A DNA stretch of 62,176 nt, filler included, from Nitrospinae bacterium RIFCSPLOWO2_12_FULL_45_22 (lineage in GTDB: Bacteria; 2-12-FULL-45-22): NCBI GenBank assembly GCA_001803565.1. It is 4 parts of 4 records of this genome, joined end to end, with 100 filler letters (N's around TTAATTAATTAA, not from the genome) between each part and the next. Parts side by side here need not be neighbours in the genome. Positions count along the whole stretch, not along the records: positions 43,629 to 62,176 come from MHDQ01000305.1; 3 more parts are not named here. The stretch is one strand, 5' to 3'. This document shows, in pieces, positions 50,614 to 59,732 of the stretch (position 1 is its first letter; every line of letters begins with the position of its first letter). The notes under the pieces were generated by a model that saw only the letters and a program-made list of their open reading frames with translations, made no database searches and was not told where the DNA came from. A program made the translations under genes and the position numbers.

Positions 50614-52353
50614 TTGTATGTAATGGAGCAGGAAATTAGAAAAAATAATTTCATGTATGCTGGCATTATCTTTAGCTGGCTAATCTGTCTTGGGCATTTT
50701 AATCCCAAACTTTTCTCTGTCTTAGGCGGTTCTGAATCTCTAACTACCAAATCGGTTTATATCATTTTCATATTCTTTCTCAATTTCTTCTGGCTCTATG
50801 GAATTTTTCATCTCTTCTTTCTCCTTCCCAAGATTCTTTCATTTTCAAAAAAATACCCCGTAGCTGAGAATCCGGTTCATTCACCAAGCGTCGCCATCCT
50901 CTATACAACAAGAAACGATTTTCAGGAAAAGGCGGCATTGTCCTGCATTAACCAATCCTATTCCAATTTTCATGTTTATATATTAGATGACAGTACAGAT
51001 GATACCTATAAAGCAATTATCGACCAGTTTCATTATTCTCATCTTGCACAAACCACTATTATCAGGCGACGAGATCGGAGTGGCTTTAAAGCAGGGAACC
51101 TAAATAATGCCCTTCGGCACCATGCCATCCGGTATGAATACTTTGCTGTTATCGATGCCGATGAGGTTATCCCCTCGGATTTTTTGGAGAAACTCGTGCC
51201 TTATTTTAACCTTGAAAAAAACATTGCCTTTGTTCAGGCCCATCATGAGCAAAATCCTCATCAACCATCAAAATTCGCCCAGGATTTGGCACTGGGTATC
51301 AATTTTCACTGGGATGTCTATCAGCCGCCCAGAAATGACTATGGGTTTGTCATTTTTTACGGCCATGGAGCCCTAATTCGGCGTGATGTATGGGAAAAGG
51401 TTGGTGGATTTCCTGAAATTGTTTCGGAAGATTTAGCCTTTGCAACCCGGATAAGACAATTCGGCTATCGAGGGTACTTTGTCCGGGAAGTGACCTGCTA
51501 TGAAGATTTTCCTGAGACCTATCAGCAATTCAGAAAGCGGCATGAGAAGTGGGTCAAGGGGGCATGCGAATACCTGCATCATGAATTTCTGCCTTTTCTC
51601 CTATCAAAGCGTGTAACGTTGCCAGAGAAGCTAGACGTATTATTCTCCTCCTTCAGCCTGTTTATTCCAGCCGTCTTCCTGATTTATATTTTTATCGCCA
51701 ATGCGGTTCTTCCCATACTATTAGCAGAAAAACACACTCTTTCCATTAGTCTTTTTGGGCATAGTATCGAGTTGATGCCAGCCTATTTTATGGAACCGAG
51801 GTTTAAGAATTTATGGACCCTCGACTTTTACCTGATCACACTTATAGGCATGTTCTCACCTATCTTTTGCTATTTCGGGAAAATTTTTTCTCACCCCCAA
51901 AAGATTATCAAACTTCTATTCAAATCTGCTGTCCCATATATTTCTCTTATCCTTGTTTCTACCTGTGGTATTTTAACCTATCTTCTTACAAGAAAGGCTG
52001 TATTCCTTACCACTGGAGACAAAACAGCAAGTGGTTCCCTACTGTTACAAAATGGGAGGAGCGGCTTCTGGGAGAGTTTAAATTCAAACCATTCACTGGT
52101 TTTTCATCTAGAATGGGCATTGGGCTTGCTCCTAACCTATTTTTCGTTGATGACCATGAACTTCGCCCTTTTAACTGTCGCTTCCTGTCTGATTTTAAGT
52201 CCCCTCGTTGCTCATTATGGTTGGGAAAATAGAGCTATATCTTTTTTTATATCATTACCACTCCTTTTTGTCCTATTAGCTTTTGGGAGTATGGGCATCG
52301 GTTTTTTAGGAATTCAGGGGCTTTCGTTGTTTTTTCTTGCTTTGCATTTTTAG
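50614..52353 (+). CDS. Processive membrane GT2 glycosyltransferase (cellulose/beta-glucan synthase-like)
   Basis: LDDS, GFKAGNLNNAL, VIDADE, VQA, GHGALIRR, GGF..VSEDL, RHEKW at the QxxRW position; N- and C-terminal TMs. Confidence 0.85.
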   Translation: MYVMEQEIRKNNFMYAGIIFSWLICLGHFNPKLFSVLGGSESLTTKSVYIIFIFFLNFFWLYGIFHLFFLLPKILSFSKKYPVAENPVHSPSVAILYTTRNDFQEKAALSCINQSYSNFHVYILDDSTDDTYKAIIDQFHYSHLAQTTIIRRRDRSGFKAGNLNNALRHHAIRYEYFAVIDADEVIPSDFLEKLVPYFNLEKNIAFVQAHHEQNPHQPSKFAQDLALGINFHWDVYQPPRNDYGFVIFYGHGALIRRDVWEKVGGFPEIVSEDLAFATRIRQFGYRGYFVREVTCYEDFPETYQQFRKRHEKWVKGACEYLHHEFLPFLLSKRVTLPEKLDVLFSSFSLFIPAVFLIYIFIANAVLPILLAEKHTLSISLFGHSIELMPAYFMEPRFKNLWTLDFYLITLIGMFSPIFCYFGKIFSHPQKIIKLLFKSAVPYISLILVSTCGILTYLLTRKAVFLTTGDKTASGSLLLQNGRSGFWESLNSNHSLVFHLEWALGLLLTYFSLMTMNFALLTVASCLILSPLVAHYGWENRAISFFISLPLLFVLLAFGSMGIGFLGIQGLSLFFLALHF

Positions 52354-52365
52354 GGGGAATTACCA

Positions 52366-55300
52366 ATGAAAAGAAAAATTTTTATTGTAGCCATGAGTAT
52401 TTTTCTGATATTGCTTCCAGTATACGGATATGCCCTTATGGGTGATGCTGATGGCAATGGAACGGTAAATCTGGATGATGCACAGACTATTGCCCGATAT
52501 CTCGTAAACCAGATCTCTGCTATTCCTAACCCAACTGATGCTGATGCCACGCAAGATGGCAAGATAGACATGGAAGATGCCTTTGCCATCGCCCAAAAGG
52601 TTACGGGCCACACCCGGTTTGTGGTGGTTGCCCCTCGCTATGGACGTTCTGATAAGCTACAGATCGGGGATACGATTCGCATTGAAGTTTTTGAGAAATT
52701 TTTTCCTTTCAATATTACCGGTGGCACAGTCCGTATTCGTTCCGCGAATTCGGACTACGATTCTGGCGATCAACCATTGACCTTTGAGCGGAATGGCCGT
52801 TCGCTATACTATCATTGGGATACAGGTGGTCTAACAGCCGCATCAGACTATGAAATCACCGTAACCCTAAGCGACAGCGCTGGCCGTGCACTTTCTAGCA
52901 GCGAACCATCGGCCAGATCAACACAGGACGCACCTCTACGCTCCAGCGCAATTCCTTTCATCCAAGTCTGGCTAAGGCTAACCAACCGAGTTTTCGAACC
53001 ACCCTTTGTTGCGGCATCTGTAGATGCCTATGCCCCTGCGGCAGGGATTCCGCTGGAGTTCCGGCGGGTGGTACCGCATGACTCTGCGCACTATCCGTAC
53101 CTGGGCCCGTTGGGCAGGGGGTGGGTCCACAAGTACGATATCAGCCTGGAGGAGTATACGGATGGGCGCACCGCGTTCCACGGCCCCGAGGGGTTCAACC
53201 GTTTCTTTCAAAGCAATCCGGATGGTACCTATACGGCCTCACCGGGGGATTATGGCCTTCTGACTCGCGATCCTGATGGAACGTTTCAACTCAAAGAGAA
53301 AAACGGATTTATGTATCGTTTCCGTTCAGATTTGCGCCTCGATTACGAAGAAGACTTGAACGGTAACCGCATCAGCGCGATTTACGATGGTTCGAACCGG
53401 CTTGTGGAGATCCGTCACTCCTCCGGGCAATCCTTCTTCCTGGAATACAATGCCTCCGGGCGAATCACACGGCTCACCGACCATGCCGGTCGGGTAACGA
53501 CCTACGAATATGATGCCACGAACATCATGCTGAAAAAAGTTACTGACCCTGCCGGAGGCGCAACCAACTATGCATACAGCGTTGGACAGAGCGATATCAT
53601 GAACTACCGGTTGTTGTCGGTGGCCTTTCCCGACGGCGCCCACGTTCATTATGAATACGACTCCAATGCCCGTCTGATCCGCCAGACCGGCACCTGGGGC
53701 GCTAACCCCGTTACTTATAGCTACACTATAGGCGGTAATTTGCAGGGTACATACACGCGAATTACCGATGCCCTGGGCGGGTCACCGACCATCTATGTGA
53801 ACGACAGAGTACAACCCACCCTGGTGAAGGCCCCGGATGGGGCTCAGACCTCGAACCAATACGATGCATCAGCAAATCTCATCAAAATAACTGATCCATT
53901 GGCTCACGCTACGCAATTCGCCTATGATGAATTCGGCAATGTAGTTCGGGTCACCAATCCTTTGGGTAAAACCGTTCAATTCGGTTATGACCTTCGATTC
54001 AACAAACCTTCCTGGATAACCAGCCCGCTGGGTAACACCACCTCGCTCGCTTATGATTCCAAAGGGAATCTGATCACCATGACCTATCCCGATTCAACCC
54101 AGGAAACCTACGCCTACGATCCCCAGGGGAACCTGATCTCCGTACAAGAGGGTGCTGGCAAGCTAACCCAATATTCCTACAATAGCCAGGGCCAGATGAC
54201 ATCTTTCCAGAACGCCCTCGCCAATATCACGCAGTTCTCCTACAACCCAGCCGGAGATCTCGATAGCGTGACCGATGCCAAAGGGCATGTAATCTCCCAC
54301 GGGCGCGACGTATTGGGGCGATTGATACGGCGTACCTACCCGGACGGCCCACAGGAAGATTACGAATATGATGCCGCGGGTAAGGTAACCGGATTTACTA
54401 ATCGGCGGGGCGAAAGGATCTCGTTTTCCTATGATGCCACCGGACGGATGGAATGGAAAAGATATCCCTCCGGAAAGAAACTGCACTTCCTATACGATTC
54501 CGCTGGATATCTTGCAAGAGTGGAAGAGGTGGGGGGGGAAGCGACGACTCTCGATACAGCTTATGAACGTGACGCTACGCACCGCATAACCAAAGTGAAG
54601 GTACCGGGAAAAGTTACACCAGAGTCTTATGACGTATCCTATACCTACGACGCCGCAGGGAATCAGAAATTTATGGCCTACCCGGACGGTTATGCCTTGA
54701 ACTATGAGTATGACGCAGCAAACCGACTTAAAAGGATTTATGATGCGGGCAATAATACCATCGTGACTTATGACTATGATGCTGCAGGCCGCCGGACAAA
54801 GAGAACCCTTGGTAATGGGACCTATACAACATACGATTACGACACTCTGGACCGGCTAACAACGCTGGCCAATTACGCGCCGGGTGGAACAATCCAATCC
54901 CGGTTCACTTACACATATAATGCAGCAGGCATCCGCACCTCCATGACCACCCTCGAAGGGGCACACACCTATACCTACGACGATACCTATCAACTGACTG
55001 GCGTCAGGTATCCCGACGGCAGGGCGGTTAACTATGCCTTTGATGAAGTTGGTAACCGGACCAGCGTGGCAGACAATGGCGTGGTAACTGACTATACGAC
55101 CAACGAACTGGACCAGTATACGCAGGTTGGCACGGAGACATATGGGTACGATACAAACGGGAACCTCAAGACCAGAACTTCAGGAAGCAACGTAACTTCG
55201 TATGGATGGGATGAGGATGATCGCCTCGTAAGGGTTGATCGCGGCGGAGTTCATATCGATTATCGATACGATTATCAGGGTCGTCTTGTATCCAAGACAA

Positions 55301-58300
55301 TCGGAGGTCAGGAGACGCGTTATATTTGGGATGGGGTTGATCTGATTGCAGAAATGAATTCCACAGGTCAGGTGATCAAACGTTACATATACGGAGCAAC
55401 AATTAATGAGATTATTCTTGTGTCGGCAAATGGCACGAACTACTGGGCACAGCAAGATGGATTAGGAAGCGTTGTCGGTGTGTCTAATGATACGGGCGTT
55501 TTAACTGCATCAAACTCATATGATGTCTATGGCAATGTCCGAAGCGGTAACATTGCTTCTGTTCCTCAGCATTTTGCCGGAATGCGGTGGGATGAGGATG
55601 CGGGGTTATATTATGTTAGGGCGAGATGGTATGAGAAAAGTCTTGGTAGATTTATATCGATAGATCCAATAAAAGATATCAATTATAGTCTGAATCCTTA
55701 TTCCTATGTCGGCAATCAACCTTTGTCATTAAGAGATCCTTTAGGTCTATGGTGGGGAGGAGAAGTGTTAGATTGGATTGGTGATAATTGGGGGCTTAAC
55801 TGGTTTGGGGAACACAGAAGCGGCGGGAAAATAACTCCAAAAGGGGGTATAGGAGATTGGAATGTACTCCCATCAAATTGGGTTGACTGGCATGCAAAAT
55901 GGCATGATTTGAGTCGTTACAACGCTGAACATGGGACAGGATTTTGGGGCTCACGTTGGGGGGGGACTGGCCGTCTTATGGATGAGATGGGCGCTGATGC
56001 AACGGTAATCGCTGGAATTCTTAGTGAAGCATTGCTTCGTTCAATCTTTGGAGTTTTTTTTGATGCATTTGATCCACGATTGTATGGACCTTATTTGGGA
56101 GGTATGTGCCCTACTTTTGTTCAAAGCGGCAATGCTCACGAAGAAAAGTCTTACAACTCAAATGATACATTAATAGCAAGGATAAAGGTTCCTTGGCCTG
56201 ATTCTCTCCTCCGCTCCGATATCCCCATTTATGGAATTGCATCTGGCAAAAACTTCTCTCGTTACCGCGTAGAATATGGGAAAGGATCAAATCCTACTGA
56301 GTGGCATCTCATTGCAGAATCTGATAAACCGCAGGAAAGTGCCCCTGACTTCAAAGACATCTCATGGATGCAGGGTGACCTTAACTTAAAGGGGAATCTT
56401 GCGACGTGGAATACAGGGTTGAAGAACTGGATTCACCTGCCTTGGCATGCACCTGAAGACGAAACAGACTTTAACGGGGTCTACACTATTCGTCTGACCG
56501 TATTCGGGAAAGACAGCACGAAGGTTGAGGATAGAGTAACCGGAGAGGTAGGACGTGCAATTGCCCAGGCTCTTACTGGCATTGCTATCAGTCCTGACAA
56601 AAAAGTCGTAATGCGTTTTCCTGAGCAGGCATTGACGCATCCTTTCCGAGTTTACACAATACTTCCTTTCTCGGAGATTGGTGAAGAAACACCCACTTTA
56701 TGCAAGGGTTGTGAAATTATCGGTCATGTGTACAGAGTTCGTGAACCTGGTGACAGGTTTATCAAGGATGTTTCTCTTGAGTTTAGTGTTAATGCGGGAG
56801 AAATAAAGAAACGGAAGGCTGAAAACATCGGCATCGGGCGTTATGATACCGAGAAAAATAAATGGGTCTTGCTTGAAACAGTATATGACAGTAAGTCATC
56901 TGTATTCAAGACTAACCTTCAAGAATTACCCTCACCTAAAGCTATCTATGCATTGATACACCATCAAACTGAGAAATTGTCCCATAAAGCCTTAGCTCCA
57001 AAAGAGCAGATTGCGACTTTGAAACCTGTCCGTCCCGGGGTTCTTCTGGAAAACAACTTTGAAAATGATCTCGGAACTTTCAAAAACCGTGACCGCCTGG
57101 TTGGCGCTGTTCTTTCACGTGATAATGCAGCAACTCCTGACGGCTCTTACTGCCTGAAAATTACCAATGAAAACCATAGCGGCAACTTCTCCTCTTCCGT
57201 AATTGATCGACCCTTTGATGTTCGTGAGTACGGAACCATGACCTTTGATTATCGCATCGGTCCCGAGGTAAAGATAGATTTCTTCCTTAAGGTGAATGGG
57301 CGCTGGTACGATTTGCAATTTACGGGAAAGCCAGTTGATTTTAAGAACCGCGATGTCAATATTGCCAATCTGGGTGCCATTCAAGGCATTATTGCCGATG
57401 ATAAATGGCATACCGTAAGCGTTGATTTGCGCTACCTCCTGCACCAACAGACCCGCTATACCCGGATTGATGAGATTATCATGGCCAATTGGGACGTGGG
57501 GGGCTATATGAAGTTGGAGTTTGCCAATAATCCGCGCAGTGCGACATATTATATCGATAACTTTAAACTCACTGGTCCTGGTAAGGTAGCTAACGATCCA
57601 CCTCTCTTGCTGGTGGATGATTTCAATGAAGCTAAAAGCAGGAATAGGCTCGGAGGGGTATCCGGAACCTACTTCACCCCTGGCTCCAACTTTTTCGATG
57701 CCTCCTTGAGTGACGGTTCGACCTCCCCTATACGACCGGTTGCACCGAGGGATAATAAAAGTAGAGCACTGCTCTTAAATTTTGACACCACAAGGCCTGA
57801 TTCATACGGGGGCTATTGGACTTCAATCGCCAGGAATGACTTATCAACTTACTCGACGCTTGCCTTCCGCATGCGCTCAGATGGAGAAATTCCTAACCTA
57901 ACTGTCGGCATTCGCAACAGCCATGGCATCGAAGGTAAAACCTCTATCCGACCCTATGTTTCGACGCCCGGCACTGATGGCTGGAGAGAAGTTCAGATAC
58001 CCCTCACTGGGCTAAGAGGTCTATCTGATTTTTCATCGCCCGAGGTCCTGTTTTTTTCCGTGACACATAAAGATAGGAGTAGCAAGGGTAGGCTATGGAT
58101 TGATGACCTGCGATTCGAAAGCAAGCCCTATCCCCAGGTAGCCGATTTTGAAGCACCCTTTGACTGGACACTGCTTGGCGCTAATTACACAACGTGGCAG
58201 ACCGGGGCTGCTACTGTCTCATCCGGTAGTCTGAAAGATATTACGCAAGAGAAAAATCAGGAAAATACCGTCTTGCGTATTTCTTATGGGGGGACGATTG

Positions 58301-58638
58301 GGCTCGATTATGGGTTAAATGGTGGGTTCTCCTATGCTTCCTGGCGGGCCGGTTTGAACGGTATGGATGCCAGGCAGTTCAATTATCTGATTATGCGTAT
58401 ACGTGGAGAACGGGGAGGTGAGACACCTAATATATACCTTAGTGATTCGGTTAAACGTATCTCTCTTCGAGCGAAGGAAATGCCAATAATTAACCGGGAA
58501 TGGCAGACCATTAAACTGCCTCTGGCGCATTATGTCAAGCAGGGTATTGATATGAGCCATCTTGAATCGCTGGAAATTGTCTTTGAGTGGGCCGAGCAAT
58601 CCGGCACTATCTATGTGGATGATATAAGATTTGAGTGA
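52366..58638 (+). CDS. 2090-aa secreted RHS/YD protein with N-terminal dockerin and C-terminal CBM-like modules
   Basis: Signal peptide; GDADGNGTVNLDDA...DATQDGKIDMEDA dockerin; many YD repeats; RHS core GLYYVRARWY..GRFISIDP..PLSLRDPLG; three C-terminal (E/D)xFE/N...(I/V)D(N/D) jelly-roll modules. Confidence 0.88.
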   Translation: MKRKIFIVAMSIFLILLPVYGYALMGDADGNGTVNLDDAQTIARYLVNQISAIPNPTDADATQDGKIDMEDAFAIAQKVTGHTRFVVVAPRYGRSDKLQIGDTIRIEVFEKFFPFNITGGTVRIRSANSDYDSGDQPLTFERNGRSLYYHWDTGGLTAASDYEITVTLSDSAGRALSSSEPSARSTQDAPLRSSAIPFIQVWLRLTNRVFEPPFVAASVDAYAPAAGIPLEFRRVVPHDSAHYPYLGPLGRGWVHKYDISLEEYTDGRTAFHGPEGFNRFFQSNPDGTYTASPGDYGLLTRDPDGTFQLKEKNGFMYRFRSDLRLDYEEDLNGNRISAIYDGSNRLVEIRHSSGQSFFLEYNASGRITRLTDHAGRVTTYEYDATNIMLKKVTDPAGGATNYAYSVGQSDIMNYRLLSVAFPDGAHVHYEYDSNARLIRQTGTWGANPVTYSYTIGGNLQGTYTRITDALGGSPTIYVNDRVQPTLVKAPDGAQTSNQYDASANLIKITDPLAHATQFAYDEFGNVVRVTNPLGKTVQFGYDLRFNKPSWITSPLGNTTSLAYDSKGNLITMTYPDSTQETYAYDPQGNLISVQEGAGKLTQYSYNSQGQMTSFQNALANITQFSYNPAGDLDSVTDAKGHVISHGRDVLGRLIRRTYPDGPQEDYEYDAAGKVTGFTNRRGERISFSYDATGRMEWKRYPSGKKLHFLYDSAGYLARVEEVGGEATTLDTAYERDATHRITKVKVPGKVTPESYDVSYTYDAAGNQKFMAYPDGYALNYEYDAANRLKRIYDAGNNTIVTYDYDAAGRRTKRTLGNGTYTTYDYDTLDRLTTLANYAPGGTIQSRFTYTYNAAGIRTSMTTLEGAHTYTYDDTYQLTGVRYPDGRAVNYAFDEVGNRTSVADNGVVTDYTTNELDQYTQVGTETYGYDTNGNLKTRTSGSNVTSYGWDEDDRLVRVDRGGVHIDYRYDYQGRLVSKTIGGQETRYIWDGVDLIAEMNSTGQVIKRYIYGATINEIILVSANGTNYWAQQDGLGSVVGVSNDTGVLTASNSYDVYGNVRSGNIASVPQHFAGMRWDEDAGLYYVRARWYEKSLGRFISIDPIKDINYSLNPYSYVGNQPLSLRDPLGLWWGGEVLDWIGDNWGLNWFGEHRSGGKITPKGGIGDWNVLPSNWVDWHAKWHDLSRYNAEHGTGFWGSRWGGTGRLMDEMGADATVIAGILSEALLRSIFGVFFDAFDPRLYGPYLGGMCPTFVQSGNAHEEKSYNSNDTLIARIKVPWPDSLLRSDIPIYGIASGKNFSRYRVEYGKGSNPTEWHLIAESDKPQESAPDFKDISWMQGDLNLKGNLATWNTGLKNWIHLPWHAPEDETDFNGVYTIRLTVFGKDSTKVEDRVTGEVGRAIAQALTGIAISPDKKVVMRFPEQALTHPFRVYTILPFSEIGEETPTLCKGCEIIGHVYRVREPGDRFIKDVSLEFSVNAGEIKKRKAENIGIGRYDTEKNKWVLLETVYDSKSSVFKTNLQELPSPKAIYALIHHQTEKLSHKALAPKEQIATLKPVRPGVLLENNFENDLGTFKNRDRLVGAVLSRDNAATPDGSYCLKITNENHSGNFSSSVIDRPFDVREYGTMTFDYRIGPEVKIDFFLKVNGRWYDLQFTGKPVDFKNRDVNIANLGAIQGIIADDKWHTVSVDLRYLLHQQTRYTRIDEIIMANWDVGGYMKLEFANNPRSATYYIDNFKLTGPGKVANDPPLLLVDDFNEAKSRNRLGGVSGTYFTPGSNFFDASLSDGSTSPIRPVAPRDNKSRALLLNFDTTRPDSYGGYWTSIARNDLSTYSTLAFRMRSDGEIPNLTVGIRNSHGIEGKTSIRPYVSTPGTDGWREVQIPLTGLRGLSDFSSPEVLFFSVTHKDRSSKGRLWIDDLRFESKPYPQVADFEAPFDWTLLGANYTTWQTGAATVSSGSLKDITQEKNQENTVLRISYGGTIGLDYGLNGGFSYASWRAGLNGMDARQFNYLIMRIRGERGGETPNIYLSDSVKRISLRAKEMPIINREWQTIKLPLAHYVKQGIDMSHLESLEIVFEWAEQSGTIYVDDIRFE

Positions 58639-58704
58639 TACCAAGAATAAGGAACCTAATGAGCTTCTTTCAAGTCTTTCGAAGAACTAAATCATTTAAG
58701 GAGT

Positions 58705-59637
58705 ATGACCATGCAAAAATTCCAGTGCATTATATCCATAGCTGTAATGATATTACTTGTTATCCCTATTTCTTTCATCAGTGGAAGGGTGGAAGCCGGT
58801 TCTTCATGGATGGCCATAAGCAGCCCTGTGCCAACTCCTCAGAGTGGTGGGGTTTTTGAAACAAAGCTGAAGTTTTTTACCTGGGATGCGGTGATAGGTT
58901 CTTATTTTATCTCGGTACATTACGACCCAGCGATTCTACAGATTATTCAAGTAACTACGCCAGACCAATCACCATTTTATGGCAATACCTTTGCCGATAA
59001 AAATTCTTTTACAACTGGTACAACTGACATCAGCGCTTTTCAAACGGGTACTACATCCGAGCAAGCCAATCCCGAGATCTTTGCGACGATCCAATGGAAA
59101 GCCCTGGGTAACACTGGGACATCTGCTACTATTGAACTTGAGCCAAAAAGCATAGTTGATTCTTTTTGGCGACCGATTGAGACTAATAGCGCAAGGACTA
59201 CTTTTGTGATAGGTGATACTCCCAGCTATGTGCCTACCATTATTATCATTGGCAACGCGAATAAATATTCTCCAGAAGACACCCTGGTCCTTTCGGTTAT
59301 TATTGATAACCCCGCTCCTTATACCCAGGTGGTGGATGTCTTTCTGGGTATCATAATCCCAAATGGCTCAGCCTATTTCTTTGACTCTTCTCTCACCAAC
59401 CTGATACCATCCAGTTTGGATGATCCTGGGACCTTTACGCCAGTAAGAAATTCCCTGAAACTTGATCCGGGATACAATCTTCCCGCCACTGCTTTCTTTT
59501 CTGTGACATTACCTACAGGCTTACCGGAGGGTATTTATAAAGCCTTTGCTGCCTTTGCCGAACCTGGCTCGGTCCAGGCCGGTTCCACCAGGATTGTAGG
59601 AGACATTAGTATTATTTCGTTTTACTATTCCCCATAG
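58705..59637 (+). CDS. Secreted cohesin-like domain + C-terminal AEPGS domain
   Basis: Signal peptide; G.F....IGSY.ISVHYDPAILQI..V...FATIQWKA.G cohesin pattern; FAAFAEPGSVQAGS. Confidence 0.7.
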   Translation: MTMQKFQCIISIAVMILLVIPISFISGRVEAGSSWMAISSPVPTPQSGGVFETKLKFFTWDAVIGSYFISVHYDPAILQIIQVTTPDQSPFYGNTFADKNSFTTGTTDISAFQTGTTSEQANPEIFATIQWKALGNTGTSATIELEPKSIVDSFWRPIETNSARTTFVIGDTPSYVPTIIIIGNANKYSPEDTLVLSVIIDNPAPYTQVVDVFLGIIIPNGSAYFFDSSLTNLIPSSLDDPGTFTPVRNSLKLDPGYNLPATAFFSVTLPTGLPEGIYKAFAAFAEPGSVQAGSTRIVGDISIISFYYSP

Positions 59638-59732
59638 TGGGAGTTTAAAAAAGCCTGGAGGAATTATTAAAGTCCGGGAATGCATCGAGCAGTTTTCGAG
59701 CTACGAGGGAAAAGAATATACCGGAGGCAACC

